From Tubulanus polymorphus (Eukaryota > Animalia > Nemertea), in contig NC_134029.1 of NCBI RefSeq assembly GCF_964204645.1, positions 1,674,001-1,738,000 on the forward strand: a stretch of 64,000 bases of DNA. Reading direction: 5' to 3'. Positions within the stretch are counted from its first letter, which is position 1. Each line of letters starts with the position of its first letter. Below are positions 11,701 to 25,600 of the stretch, one piece after another. Below the pieces are notes generated by a model. It searched no databases. It was not told where the DNA came from and worked only from the letters and a program-made list of their open reading frames with translations. A program made the position numbers and the translations under genes.

Positions 11701-14700
11701 CCAAGAATCTTACACCTCACGACAGTGCGCCGTCTCTAATCAGCCAATATCAACACAGATTATCTGAGATTTCGTGTAAACTGAATTTGTTGATGATTCA
11801 TCAATATACATCACATAATGTGATATAATTTTTGCTATACCTCCTGCTCCTCTTCTAGTCTAGTCTAATATCCTGAGGGGATTACTCATAAAATTGTCTT
11901 TTCTCAATCTTCTGCTCACAAAGTGTTTGATGTTGATATGGAGCGCATCGTTTTAGATTGATTTAAAAACGCGCGTCTTGTAAAAACCGAGCAAAATCAA
12001 TTCCTTTCAAACCGCAATTGTTAATCAGTGTCGTATTCAGACTATATTTTCCATAAAATTGAAATTCTATCCAAAATATATTTCGTAGATGGAAGAGTGA
12101 GTATTCATATTGTAATATATATCGTGTTGAGTGACACAGATGGTCATTGACCAGTTCTATTTACTGGACATTTCTCTGAGTCGAACATCAATTATGTTTA
12201 ATCTAGAATATCTCTAGTGACATCTAAACATCTAAACATCGTGTCATTCGCCATATGTCTGCATTAACGGTGACACATCCAACTCTATTCACAATCCCAA
12301 TTTATGGTATTTGAAAATCAAAATCTTGTCAATTTTCCTGATTCTCGTTCGAAATTGATAATTCGTTGATAATTTTGTAAACTGCATTAATCCAAAAAGA
12401 ACGGATGATCTGACTGGATTATAGTTAAAATCTCTTAAATCCCTAAGCGATCGGTCTCTATTTATCAGTTTCTTATCAGTAGAGGTAAAACCCCGAGTAA
12501 ATATAGCAGTAATTATTTTAAACGGAATTTACTGATGATGGATCATTTGTTAGTTCAGCATCGAAGCAGTGAGGCGACACAAACACCTCCTTCATCAAAC
12601 TCTGCAGCATTTATTACGCATATATTTATTCTAAATCTCGTGTCCTTTTTATTATTTGTTTCCGATAAAAAAAAATCTGCAGTTCTCCGAGAGGGCGGTA
12701 TATGAGTCATCAGTGGTTGTGTGAGAACAATTCATACAGAATAATGACTCCATATGCTGCTGTTATAATATGCGTACAAAAAAACTACTGATTTGACTAA
12801 TAACCAATAATTTAGAATGCATATAACAATATCGTCTGAAATCCTTTTTTGTATTTATTACGAGAGTTGAAGAGAATTCATTAATGATTTTTCAGAAGTG
12901 AAATACGTCAGCGCGTATCGTCCAGGAACACAGAAAGATCGAGTAACACTTGGTAATAAATCCCCTAAAGCGCAACGTAGACAAATGACTGCATCTTCGA
13001 GAAGTCTTAATGAAGGTAGTGTATCTACGCGTTTTATGAAGCAATAGAGATTTTTATTACGGAGACAGAGTTTTGACGATGCTGAAACCGTTTTGTCGTC
13101 GCAGGAATCTCGTCTCATTCCGTGCTGTCGTCATGGCGCAGATTAGGGAATTGCATCGCGAGATGTTAAACGGAAGATACTATCAGCTCGTAAAACATCT
13201 CTTACACTCAAAGTAGGGGCCATTCTCAGGTCATGTAGTAAATATTAAACGCCTTCAGTCGTGATTTTATCAGCTATAAACCGATGATAAATGTGAATCC
13301 GTGTTCGTTCACGAGTCAATCTCCACCGCGGCGGTGGTGTGTGACATCCTTCAGTCGTTCAACAGATGCTCTCGAAAATTTACTTTTTCCATAAATTCCA
13401 CAGTTCTAATCGACTTTTTGAAACTCAAATATCAAACTTCAAGCTACGAAAATAATTGGTTTGTTTACCATTTGAGTAGTAAAGGGGCAACGAGGGAAAT
13501 ATTCAAATTGTTATGCAACATGTCTCCGACCTTTGCGACCTGGTTGTGATGTGATTAGTCACTACTGCGCCAGCATTCAGCCGTAAGTAAGGGCCGCTAC
13601 AGTCGTGAAACCATCGGGAAAAACTAGATGACATCATAGACGTGTCGTAGGGGTTAAACAGTCCTCGGAGAAGGGAGAGAGAGTGAGAGTCAAGGATAAT
13701 TCAAGCATTAAATTATATGACCTATCACTGAGTCATGTTTCATAGTAAACAGTGTATATTCTAATGATAATATTGGTGACGTTTGTAGCTGAAACTCCCT
13801 CGGGGATGATATATCTCTACTCGTTTACGTATTGATTAAGTATACATATCTCTGACGATGATATGAGCATCGGTAAAGTGAGTTGTAAGAGTGTGCAGAT
13901 GAGTCCTGTTGAAGAGATGTCGCAGTCTCAATATGGCGTCAAGCCGATCATAGAGTGCCAGTCAAGCGTGGACTAAATCCATGGGCCATAGCCAATTTAG
14001 ATTCCGCCTGACTTGGTACGAGTTCTTTTCACTGACAGATCTTTTATGCCAAAACGATTGGAAAACATTCAAGATCGACTCCAAATGCGCGGCCACGGTA
14101 TTGGTTCCAAAATGCATAAGCTCCAAAACGATGTGATTGTCCTTCGCTAACACACAACATCATGAATATGTGGGCCAGCGCCAGAGGATCTACAATGATG
14201 CACCGTTAATAATTGAATGCCACTTCAGCTTGATTTTTTTTAAGAATGAAAATGATGTCATATCAAAGTGATGACTTACAAACCGTCCGTCCTTAACCGA
14301 CATACATAGATAAAACGAGTCAATTTATTTTCATGATGTTCTCTGAATCCTGCGGAAATCAGTGAATAATGATTATGTCTGAATCTCTCATTTGTTGCTG
14401 AATTCAGTTGCCGAGTCATCCATCCATTCTCTCGCCGTTCTCCCGGCTTCAATTCGGCGACAGCTATAGAAAGCGGAGAAAACTGCAGGATACCGAGTTA
14501 TGTGAGGATGCAGTAACCATGGTAACTGTCTGGATCGTCTGTCTGGAGTCTGGTTCGTGATGTGAACAAAACTTCGATCCAGTCACGTGGTGTTGTTCAG
14601 TTTTATTATCCCCTTGTAGTACACCAGGTTAATTGAGTCGAATCTCTTTGTTCTCCCTACCAGTGATTTAACTGCATTTTTTCAGCCAAAGCCATGGATT

Positions 14701-17261
14701 GATTTTCCAGATCTCAAAATCAGAGAACAACGATGTAGTATGATTGTAAACATCAGTTATCTTTATTCGATGAGGCTAATGAGCCTAAAGCTAATTATCT
14801 ATATCGCTAATGTAATGAACAATCATTCGAATGACCAGCAATATGATAATTAAATGAGAATTGATTAGAATTTAATGTTCGTTTGATTGTTGAGAATAAT
14901 CTGGATTCTCGAATTTATTGCAGGTAATTTTGATTTTAGTAGAAGTGCACCGACATCACCTAGATTCGTACGGAGAACTTTTACTAGTCCTCGGTCGCCG
15001 ATGAGGGTCAGTTTCAATTTTGATGCAATAAGTGTGTAATAGTTCTCTATTTCTCAACTTTTTCTCAAGTAGTTTTGCGTACATTTTACAGGTAAAGCGT
15101 CCGACGCAATTAAATAATAAAGTAACGAGCGATGAACGTACAACTCCTGATGGTCATCCCTGCACCAGTAAGTTAACGGTTCTCCATCACATCTACTCAA
15201 AACAGGACATTTCATTCATATGCACCATCAGAAACATATGAAATGTTAATTGATATTTTCTTACAAAATTCTTTCACCGAACGGTGGATTTCATGAGTAT
15301 CAAAACCACGAAGCAAAAACCAAATAGTTTTAAAACATCGACAAAATGTATGAGAAACTCCCGAATTTTCGATTTTCAACTAAAAATAAATTTTCAAGGA
15401 ATGAAATCTTCAGTTGAAAACCAAAAATGGAGATTATAATACGCTTTTAATGTTTTAAAACTTTTCCGTTTGAGTGTTTGAGACTCGTCTCCTAATTCAA
15501 CCTCATATATCTTGTTTAGACGGCATTTTATCAGAAGGAACTCCGAGTCCCTTGATTTCGAAGTATGAAATACTGAAGTTGATCGGAGAAGGCAATTTCG
15601 CAGTCGTTAAAGAATGCAGAGAGAAATCTACCGGAAAAGATTTCGCTCTGAAGATTATTGACAAAAAGAAATGCAAGGGAAAGGTGCGTGTAAATCATTG
15701 AAGAAATGTTCAGACTTTCGGATTTCTTGATTTGCATAAGATTGTTACATTGTGTATTGTGTATAATCTACAGGAGAAAATGATCGAAAATGAAGTTTCA
15801 ATTCTAAGAAGAATTCAACACTCGAATATTGTAACTCTTATTGAAGAATTTGACTCTCATAATGAATTGTATCTTGTCATGGAACTAGTTGGGGTAAGTT
15901 ACCATCACAGAATTGATGAAAATATAGACCAATCAGAGCCGTATTTAGCAGGGCCCAGAAATTTTGGAAGAATTTCCTTTTTGCAAATATTTTTGTTAGA
16001 ACTGCCCTTTTTCGGGTTTCTCTGTCTCCCAAAACAAAATTCAAATATATACTTGTTACGGCCCTACCACTGCCCAGAGTGGTTCCGATGATATTTTATG
16101 ATATATTTTACAGGGAGGTGATTTGTTCGACGCTATTTCCGCAGCTACTAAATACACGGAGAAAGATGCCAGTGGAATGTTGTATAACTTGTCGTGTGCC
16201 TTGAAATATTTACATTCGCAGAATATCGTTCACAGAGATGTCAAACCCGAAAACCTATTGGTAGGTTTATCCAATTACAATGCTTGCTCGAGTGTTAAAT
16301 TGCTCTACGGCGGTCGAGAGTTCCTGGTGTGATTGCCTTTTTTGTTTTCAGGTTTATGATCATGAAGATGGAACTAAATCGCTTAAACTTGGTGATTTCG
16401 GTCTGGCAACTGTAGTGAGGGAGCCTTTATACGTTGTGTGCGGCACTCCAACTTACGTGGCTCCAGAAATATTGGAGGAGACTGGCTATGGATTGAAAGT
16501 GGACGTTTGGGCAGCAGGAGTTATCACATATATTCTATTGTGTGGATTTCCACCATTTGTCAGGTAGCACCAAACTCTGATAACTATTCACAGATATTTT
16601 TGATGGTTCTTGAAATTACAGATGAATTATCCTTGTTTTTGTAGTACAAAGAATGATCAGGATGAATTGTTCAAGAAGATCATGTCTGGAGAATTTGAGT
16701 TCAGAAAGCCATATTGGAACGGAATGTCTGACTCTGCCAAGGTATTTGAATTTTTCAGCATTGAAAGTTTGTGATAAGGGACTCAGTTTGGTATAAAGAG
16801 AATTTCGATGTTTCTGTATTTCAGGAATTGATCGCAAACATGCTTCAAGTAGATCCAGATAGGCGATTTACAGCGGGACAGGTTTTAGAACATCCTTGGG
16901 TTTCGGTAAGTACGGTGTGTTTGGAACTAGGTTTCATCTATCTGAGTGTCTAACTTTTCTATTCGTTACAGGATGATACTGCGCAAGATAATGATTTCCA
17001 TGAAACTATTCACGATAAAATCACCGCAAACTTTGAGAGGAAAAGGAAATTCGGAGGACCAGCCGGTGTTTCTATTATTGCTGTAAGTATATTTGAAACC
17101 TAAAATAGATGACGGAGTCTATTTGAGATCTGTAACACGGAAGTTTTCGTTTTCTTATACTTCAGTCGACCGCTTTGGACAAAGGATCGCGATTTTTTCA
17201 AGGGCCGAAGAACCAAATGCCAGTGGCAGTCTATGACCAGGATACCGATGAGGTCTTTTGA
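8778..17261 (+). CDS. DCLK: Doublecortin-like serine/threonine kinase
   Basis: Two DCX domains ([23 protein letters not shown]; [22 protein letters not shown]), an S/P-rich linker and a CaMK-type kinase ([29 protein letters not shown]). Exons 8778-9458, 11200-11296, 12896-13015, 14924-15006, 15092-15167, 15520-15683, 15774-15893, 16114-16260, 16352-16563, 16645-16741, 16825-16905, 16972-17082, 17166-17261; phases are compatible. Confidence 0.95.
14513..14526. promoter_or_regulatory. RFX X-box-like palindrome in DCLK intron 3
   Basis: GTAACCATGGTAAC matches the X-box consensus GTHNYY-AT-RRNAAC. Confidence 0.45.
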
Positions 17262-18640
17262 AGCATTTATGAATAATTTATACACTACAAAAATCTGATA
17301 ATTTTCTGAGACACTGCCTGCAATTACCGGAGTCTGTTTGAGATCAGGCGCCAGTAAAATATTCATGTAAAAAGAATACTAAAACAAGGGTTACGTCATC
17401 GCTAACTGAATTGTAAATATTCGTGTTAATTGTTCATCGTGTAATATATGCAGATGCTTTTGGTGAGCCAGAATAGTTCTAAACATCGACTTTCATATAG
17501 GAATGGCTTAAAGACGTATCCATCATTTGGCAATATGATGTCGAAAATGGCTTACAGAATTTCTGGCAGCGAGGAGGATTTTCAATGAAACTCATTATTT
17601 GTAAATATTTCATGCATGGTGTCATGTTTGGGGTTCGTGTCGTTTTACAATCAAATAAATGTGATATATAGGTCTATATAATAAATGTATGAGGAATTCA
17701 GCGTTTTTTCAGATTATCTCTTTTCTTCTCTTCAATATCAATGCATGCCATTTTAAATATCATTTATTAATTGCCCAAATGAAAATGCTCAGTTAAACTT
17801 TTTTAAACGACGCTTCTTTTTAAATAAAAGGTGCTTTTTGTGAAATATACGTATATTTGAATATACAACTGTGTTGCCTTTGAGACACAAATTGATATTT
17901 TTTCGACTTAGTATATTTTCCTCTTTTCTATACTTGCATATATAACGCATAACGCATGGATGAATTTTGTTTTAAAGATTTTACATTGCAACAATGAAAG
18001 TGTACATAGTAACAATGTATCACCGATGCGATGAGAGGAACTCGTAGCCCGCCTTTCTTCTTCAAGTCATTTTTTGTACGGATTTTAAAAATATTCTGTA
18101 ATATTTTGAGTAAAATGATAAGCGTTGCGCATCAATGGTGTAAATAGACTATAATGTTTCATGTGAAATAGATTGTTATTGGGTAAATAAAACTCATCAC
18201 TGCCCTGTTAGAACTCTTTAGCTATAGCTTCCTTAATTACTTCCATAAATAAACAAAGATGTCGTTTTAGTGTAACTCATTACATTGTATTTAACTAATT
18301 ATGCATTTAAAAAATTGTGATCGATGGTGCAGCGTTTTTAATTAGAGCATATTTCATCGCAAAGATTGATTCATCAGCTGTGATTATTTCTATACCGGTT
18401 AAGGTATCGATTAGGTTCTGATTATTGGTGAATGTTTGAGTCTTGTGCAATGGATGATTCATTTTCAGTGCAGTCGAATTGTGTGTAAATTTCAGTAAAC
18501 TGCTGCCTATGTAAAACAAGCTACGTTGTTTCACTCCAATAAACTCGATGTTGTAGCAATTTCATTATGTTTTTTCCTTGATGGATTTGCCCAGTTCGCG
18601 ACGAATGTCTTTTGTTCTCTAATAGCCCATAGCATCCTAT

Positions 18641-18685
18641 CTGGGCTTCGAACCTGGTAGCATCGAGAGACTCGGCCACGGCAGG
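18641..18685 (-). mobile_element. Truncated tRNA-derived SINE relic
   Basis: The reverse complement CCTGCCGTGGCCGAGTCTCTCGATGCTACCAGGTTCGAAGCCCAG has A-box-like and B-box-like motifs with the anticodon arm missing. Confidence 0.35.
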
Positions 18686-19729
18686 AAATGGCAGTCTCTA
18701 TGCCATCGTGTCTGAATCTTATCTGAGTCTTTATCCCCGCCGAGGGAGGATGTCCAGCAACTGACGTAGGCACGTAGTTTTTGACAGCTGAACTGATATT
18801 AATATTAGCCAATATAACTGACTAATATCTGTCTGAATGTCTGAACAATACGTTTGACGTCAATCAAATGTGACGATATTTTCTAAAATAGAAGTTATTT
18901 TTTTCAAAGCAAAAAAATTTTGCAAAGCACGTCGATGGACAGGGTCCTCTCCGTACCAGTAAGTAAGTGCTTTTTAGCACTTTTAGTGCGGAAAAGAAAA
19001 GTAGCATTTTTATAACAAATTGCCCATAGACATTTTATGTGCACGTCATTTCAAACATAACAATTACCTACGTATGTGGACACAGATTAACCCTGTACAC
19101 ACGACTAAATCTGTTTAACCAAAATCAAAAATTAAGAAAACAAATTGATAATCATTTCTATTTAGAAAGTCGTCTTGATTAATGAATCAATTGACGATTG
19201 AAACGCCCGCCACAGTAAAATAGCGGTCAGATCTCGACCGTCTAATGCTGCCCCTATCTACAACGATAGCGGGGAAAATGTGAACTAACATAATACTCAC
19301 TCGCCAGAGTCTTTGAACGGGCGTAATGGACAAACTATTTAACGATCAGCGGGCCGGATTATCAGAGATCTCACGTGACCAATAAATTTCAACACTTATC
19401 GCAATAATGAATGCCGACGAAAACTTGTCAGATTCTTGGAAAAGGGCCTTGAAACTTCTCCAAAAAGTAGCACTTGAACAGACTTGTTACAAACCATGAC
19501 TAAGATTAAGCTTGTTTTCGAAAATTTAATTTCAACTTTTATTTGGAAAAATCTAATTCTACATGTATTTAAAGTTCTCGGAACAAATCATCATTTTATA
19601 AATGCTTAATTGACAACATTATCTTTTTAAAGAATTATTTGAGATTAATCAGCAGAATAAGCCAGAGTCAGACAAAATTTTTTAGTTATTTTCATTTTAG
19701 AAACGATTATTTCCACGTGGTTGATATTA

Positions 19730-22253
19730 TCAATGAACAGCACCATTAGCCCCGTTCTCAGCACTGATTTTCTTCATTAATTCACGATCAGATTCTTTCA
19801 ACGATAGCCAAGTTTGAAGTTGTTTCGCGCGGATTTTCGACCAGATTAAACAATCATTGAGAGCAAGGATTTGAGCAGCGGCTGTTGCAGCAGCATCCGG
19901 AGTGATCACTGTTCCACATCCCAAACCTGAAATCATCACCAACATCAATTATCAATTCAGATAATACAGAAATAGAGTTTAGAATCGATGAGACTATTCT
20001 ACGTTCTATATAGCCAATCAAACAACTTTCGACGAGACACTTAGGATTTGTGATCACTTTTGAATTTATGTCACCACTGAAAACTGGATCACAGCAAATA
20101 GGAGCATTTGACAGGCAACATGAGTCTATAATATCCATTCCATTTAGAGTTATAAACAGTAAATTGTAATTAATTACCTGATGGTAACCTGAGCGATGAC
20201 CAGATATCTTCAGCTGCCCAATCAGAAGTAAGAGGAGGAGCATTAATGACTGGCCAGGAGGAGTTACCAGCGAGTACCGGACCTAATCCGTTACTACGAC
20301 CAGCTACTGCTATAAATACTGTCGGTATTCCAGCACCTACAAATACATCAAATACACTCATATAAACTAACTGCAATTGATTTAACAGATTTAAGTTTTC
20401 TTCTTGAGTTCGAACTGACCTTCGTATTGTGCTAGAAGTCTCAATGTTTCGGATGTTTCTTTATGAGCCGAACAAATACGTAATTCAGAGGGAACTCCTA
20501 ATTTAGTCAGCTGTTTCTCAATCTTCTGGCAGTAATCCATGTCTGATGGTGATCCCATGAATATCACCGCCCGACAGCCAGGCTTACTAGGCAACGTCTG
20601 AAATTCACATCAAAATTCCATTATCTCATTCATAGGTCAATGCATACTTCAATCGAGCTTTTTTAATCATAATGTTTAAAAGATTATTTTATATCATTTA
20701 AGACTTGATTGAAATTAAATTTTTACCTCTAGTCTATCGGCCACCCATTGGAAGTTCCGTTTCACAGTATCTAAAGCTTCTGGGGTCACCACTTCTAGAT
20801 TACGATAAACCTGCTTATCTTTCATCAAACGCTTATCACCTGATGGCCACAATCTCCACGAATCACTATCAATCACATCGGCTAACACTATTTCACCTAA
20901 AATAAGATCAAGCATAGATTAATGAAATGATAAATCTTCCTTAAGATAGGGTTCTTACAGGATCAGGCGATCTAAAATTCTGATATTTCCTGGAAAATTC
21001 TGATAATTCGCAAGATATTTTCCCTGAGTTTTTAAGAACAGTCAGAATTTTCTCATTTTCCATGATCTGTTAAACCTCGCTCAGAAAACTTAAGTCACAA
21101 ATGTTCTGAAACGTGTATAAACCTGTTTTCTTGCTGACACCAAATTCGATTTTCATATCGATCAAACTGCATTCCAACTTGGACCAAATTTTCTCCAGAA
21201 TCTCGAAAATGCAAACGGTCATTCGACCCATCAAATCGACCTCATGTTGACCGATCAGTTGACCTCCGATCTCGAGTTTAGCCTCGATTAATTGTTCATT
21301 CGACCATTGGGGGTCATCATTAGCATCGTCCTAACGTAGAATTAATAATTCAAACTTAAAAATCGGAAGATTCAAAAAAAAAATTCTCATTCATTTTTTA
21401 CCTTGAAGAAAGTTTCCAGTTTTGGTGGACAGAATCGATATCCTTCTTTCACTCCGGGATTTCGTCTCAAGAACGATCCAGTAGCAACTCTCCTGGTGAC
21501 CCATTCTATCGGTATCATATCACACGATTCGGCTATTATCCCTTTATCTCCATGACGAGCGATCAGATGAGTCTTCACACCTGAAGTTAGAAAATTATAG
21601 AAATTAAATCTTGCTTAAAGGGTCGTAAACTTAATTAGTGAAATGAATTCGGTGCGATTCAAGAATAGGGGACTATAGCAATATATATGTAGTGATAGTA
21701 ATCAATTAAGTAATAATATTAGTAATTGATAATGATGATATATAATGATAGTAATGTATATAGTAATTAATGATGATTAGGGAACTAAACCTAACCCTAA
21801 CCCTAATCCTAACCACTAGTCCCCTATTCTTGAATCTTACCGATGAATTCAATAAAAATTCTGACCTGCGGCTTCTAATATTTCGAAAATTTTGCAAGTT
21901 GTTGAAGTTGAGATGGCAGCTTTTCCTTCCAATTCATTCACTTTAGCCGCATTGTTTGCTGTGATTCGATCTTTGGATTCAATCAGTACGTGAGCTGTTC
22001 CTGGTAATTCATGAATTATCTTCGTTTTTCCTTCGTTTAAAACTTTACCGACTTTGTAATCTGTAAGAAATAACGACGAGACATTAGGCACGCCGAAACT
22101 TCTACATACCGTCTACTGCTGCCACCTAGCGTCAATACCGCCAGTTTGTAAAATATTTTGCACAAAAATTGCTTATTACGAATAAAACACGACGTGTCAT
22201 TATTGAAATACGATATGAACTATTTGAAAATCTAATAAATTACCTCCAGACAT
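19730..22253 (-). CDS. PAICS: Bifunctional SAICAR synthetase / AIR carboxylase (de novo purine synthesis)
   Basis: [69 protein letters not shown]. Exons 22253-22244, 22060-21866, 21580-21402, 21330-21123, 20896-20727, 20597-20420, 20336-20178, 19926-19730. Confidence 0.97.
21650..21842. mobile_element. MITE (193 bp) in PAICS intron 2
   Basis: ~26 bp TIRs CGGTGCGATTCAAGAATAGGGGACTA / TAGTCCCCTATTCTTGAATCTTACCG, flanking direct repeat ATGAATT, and a subterminal (CCCTAA)-like run. Confidence 0.85.
22117..22133 (-). promoter_or_regulatory. CTCF-like motif in PAICS intron 1
   Basis: The reverse complement GACGCTAGGTGGCAGCA resembles the CTCF core CCASYAGRKGGCRSY. Confidence 0.35.
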
Positions 22254-22614
22254 CGTGAATTTGGTTTCTAACGAAGCAAATGGGACGAAATTTGAAGTGA
22301 ACACAGAAAATCTGGTCAAGCCGCAAAAACGTGTGACCGTAGCGCAGCGCCTGGCGTGTTTACCACCACCAGAAATAGTTCGTACGGTACCTCCAATCTA
22401 ATTTCTGTTTTATGTAATCAATTTATAAAATTTTTTCAAAGTCCTTGAAAATTATAACAATGTAAGCTGAGAATTTGAATTTTGTTAACAAATAAACATT
22501 ATGAAATGATTCATATTTTCGCGGATTTAGACATTTTCTTTAGGGATTCCCGGAAATGCCGAATTGCCGGTAGTTCTGAAAGCCGATTTCAGGGTACATA
22601 CAGTACTGAGAGCG
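22254..22614. promoter_or_regulatory. PAICS-PPAT bidirectional promoter / 5' UTR region
   Basis: 361 bp between the divergent start codons. Confidence 0.75.
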
Positions 22615-25600
22615 ATGGACGACTGCGATGAACTGCGAGAGGCTTGTGGTGTATTCGGCTGTGTTTCATCTGGGGACTGGCCTACTCAGATGGATGTTGC
22701 CAATATAATATGCTTGGGTTTGGTCGGCTTACAACACAGGTACGAATACGATTTTGAAATGATGAATTTTTTTTATTTTTACATGATGATTGATTCCTTG
22801 GTTTACTATCGACTTGGTACATGATGATATATGAGCCTATAGTCAAGTGTAATAATTACTGCCCATGTATGTAGGTTCCCGATGGAGAGGCGTTACTTGG
22901 CGTAAGATCTGCTGGTATTCAGTTTTCTCACTTTGCTGATATGCTAATAAAAATCGAAGATTTTATGCCTGAGCAGGCTTGTTGATTTTGTCAACCAGAG
23001 ATAGCCCCATATAAGCTATATGTGCTTACTCAGATTAACGAATTTATTTCATAATCTGAAAATAATGTTTGCTAATTGATAATATTTGTATGTTCCATAC
23101 ATACATAGCCTATATTCATGTTAGAGCACAGGTGTTTGTATTTCAAATTACATAATAATCTTAAGCACGGATTTGTGTCACTTAGGCTTAACTGAATACA
23201 AATATTTATAAATGGTATTTTTCAGGGGTCAAGAAAGTGCCGGTATTGTGACAACTGATGGAAAGAAAGGATCAAAGTTTCACGTACATAAAGGAATGGG
23301 ACAAGTGAATCAAATATTCAATGAGGATAATCTTTGTAAATTAAAAGGCAATCTTGGTATAGGTGAGTTAGATCTTATAATAGGCAGCTGTACATGTATA
23401 TATAACATACAAGTTACGACTTGTAAATGTAATTATCAAGTTGTAACATGTTAAAGAGTTGATATTTCTGTTGTTGTAGGCCATACGCGATACTCTACAT
23501 CTGGTTGCTCGGAAACCATCAATTGTCAACCGTTTGTCGTGGAAACATTACACGGTCTGATATCAGTGGCTCACAACGGTGAATTAATCAATGCTAAATC
23601 ACTCAAAAAAAAGGTGTTTATTAAAACGTCAAAATATTCAACATCATCACAAAATTACTATGCATCCAATTTTGTTATTTTTATGATGACGAATTAGATA
23701 ATGATATGAATAACAAAAATAGTGCTTAATTCTGATTTAGAGATGTATTATTTATAGGTATTAGCGCATGGAGTTGGTTTATCTACTGGAACTGATAGTG
23801 AATTGTTAACTCAACTCTTATCCTTGTCTCCCGACTGTGGTGAACCTAATGGAGTTGACTGGCCAGCAAGGTACTACGACAACTGAATTTATCCATCACC
23901 AGTTTCAACAACTCATCCAATTATAAATTCTGATGCTTTTGACCATTCCAAAGTTCTTGATTAAATTTGACTGTGGAGTTATTAATTAGTTAATTTTGAA
24001 TTAATTAATTTTAGAATCAAATGTTAACTTACAGCTGTGGAATTAGGTTTTGTAGTGTGACTAATGTTTATATTTGTAGAATTCGTGGAGTAATGAATGA
24101 AACTCCTACAGCTTATTCACTGGTTGTAATGCACGATGAGACGATATACGCAGTACGAGATCCGTATGGTAATAGACCATTGTGTATCGGTTCTCTTATC
24201 AGTAACTTGTCTGTATTATCAGGTAAAATACTAAGAATTCTTTTCCAATTATTGTGAATATGATAGGTCAGATATTGTAATTTAGTATGATACTGAGGAT
24301 TCATGTAATTTATAGATTCGCGGAGTGGTGACAGTAGTGATAGTGATTCTGATTATAACCAAGGTTGGGTCATCTCTTCTGAATCCTGTTCATTTCAAGC
24401 GATTGGTGCTCGTTTTTACAGAGAAGTTTTACCGGGTACAACTTACGTCATTTGCACATTTGAATTAAGTTTTCTTTCTACATTTGAAACTTAATAAACA
24501 TTAAACATTTGTAGGTGAAATTGTTGCAGTGTCAAAGTACGGAATCAAATCATTAGGAATAATTCCTCGTCCTGTTGAAAATTCATATTCAGCGTTTTGT
24601 ATATTTGAATACGTCTATTTTGCGCGACCTGACTCTATATTAGAAGGTAAGAGTCTAGTGCTCCTCAGTCCTGTTTCAAGTTTAAACTGATAATAAACGT
24701 TTTGTGTAATAAAAGAAAAGACCCACTATTATGAGGAAGAGCTAAGATCAGTTTTGGAAATGACTAATTGAGTCGAAATGTTTCTACTGTCTTCATAGTT
24801 CGTGGTTTTATTTTATACAATTATGATTTGACACGTCTTCAGAAACTTACCATTGTGTTGTGTTACAGGTCAGATGGTTTATACAGTACGTAAACGATGT
24901 GGGCGTCAGTTAGGTATCGAAGCCTGGGTCGATGCTGATTTAGTGAGTACAGTACCAGAGTCTGCAACTCCCGCTGCATTCGGTTATTCACAACAGGTAC
25001 GATTCATAAAGAATGTACACATTAATTCACGTCGGGGATTATTTCTCCCTGATTAATATTTGATTGTTTTGTCACAGACAGGAATTCCGTATGTTGAAGT
25101 ATTATGTAAGAATCGATACATTGGACGTACGTTTATTCAGCCGAGTAAACGACTGAGACAACTCGCTGTCGCCAAGAAATTTGGCGCTTTAACTGACGGT
25201 TTTAAAGATAAACGAATCATTCTGATCGACGATTCAATCGTTCGAGGAAACACGATGCAACCTATCATCAGATTATTAAAGAACTCCGGAGCTAAAGAGG
25301 TGAATTTCTAGAAATTAATTGAAATTTCCAGCAAATCTATAGAAAAATGTATTTAAAATAATCTTTCGATATCAGGTTCACATCAGAATTGCGTCTCCAC
25401 CGATAACACATCCCTGTTATATGGGTATTAATATTCCTACTAAAGAAGAACTAATTGCGAATCAGATGTCACTCGAAAGTCTCCCGAAATTCCTTGGTTA
25501 GTTTTTCGATTTACTCGTTTTACTCATTCAATCATCTGTTCGAGATTTATAGGCTGAATGTGTTTGTTATCTTGATGAAACCCTCCGAGTCTGTGTTGTA

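Noticed and set aside
15943-16070. Possible MITE in a DCLK intron (CAGAGCCGTA..TACGGCCCT)
   Set aside because: The inverted match is too short and no TSD is visible.
21788-21814. Interstitial telomere
   Set aside because: Only a few imperfect units, lying inside a TIR element.
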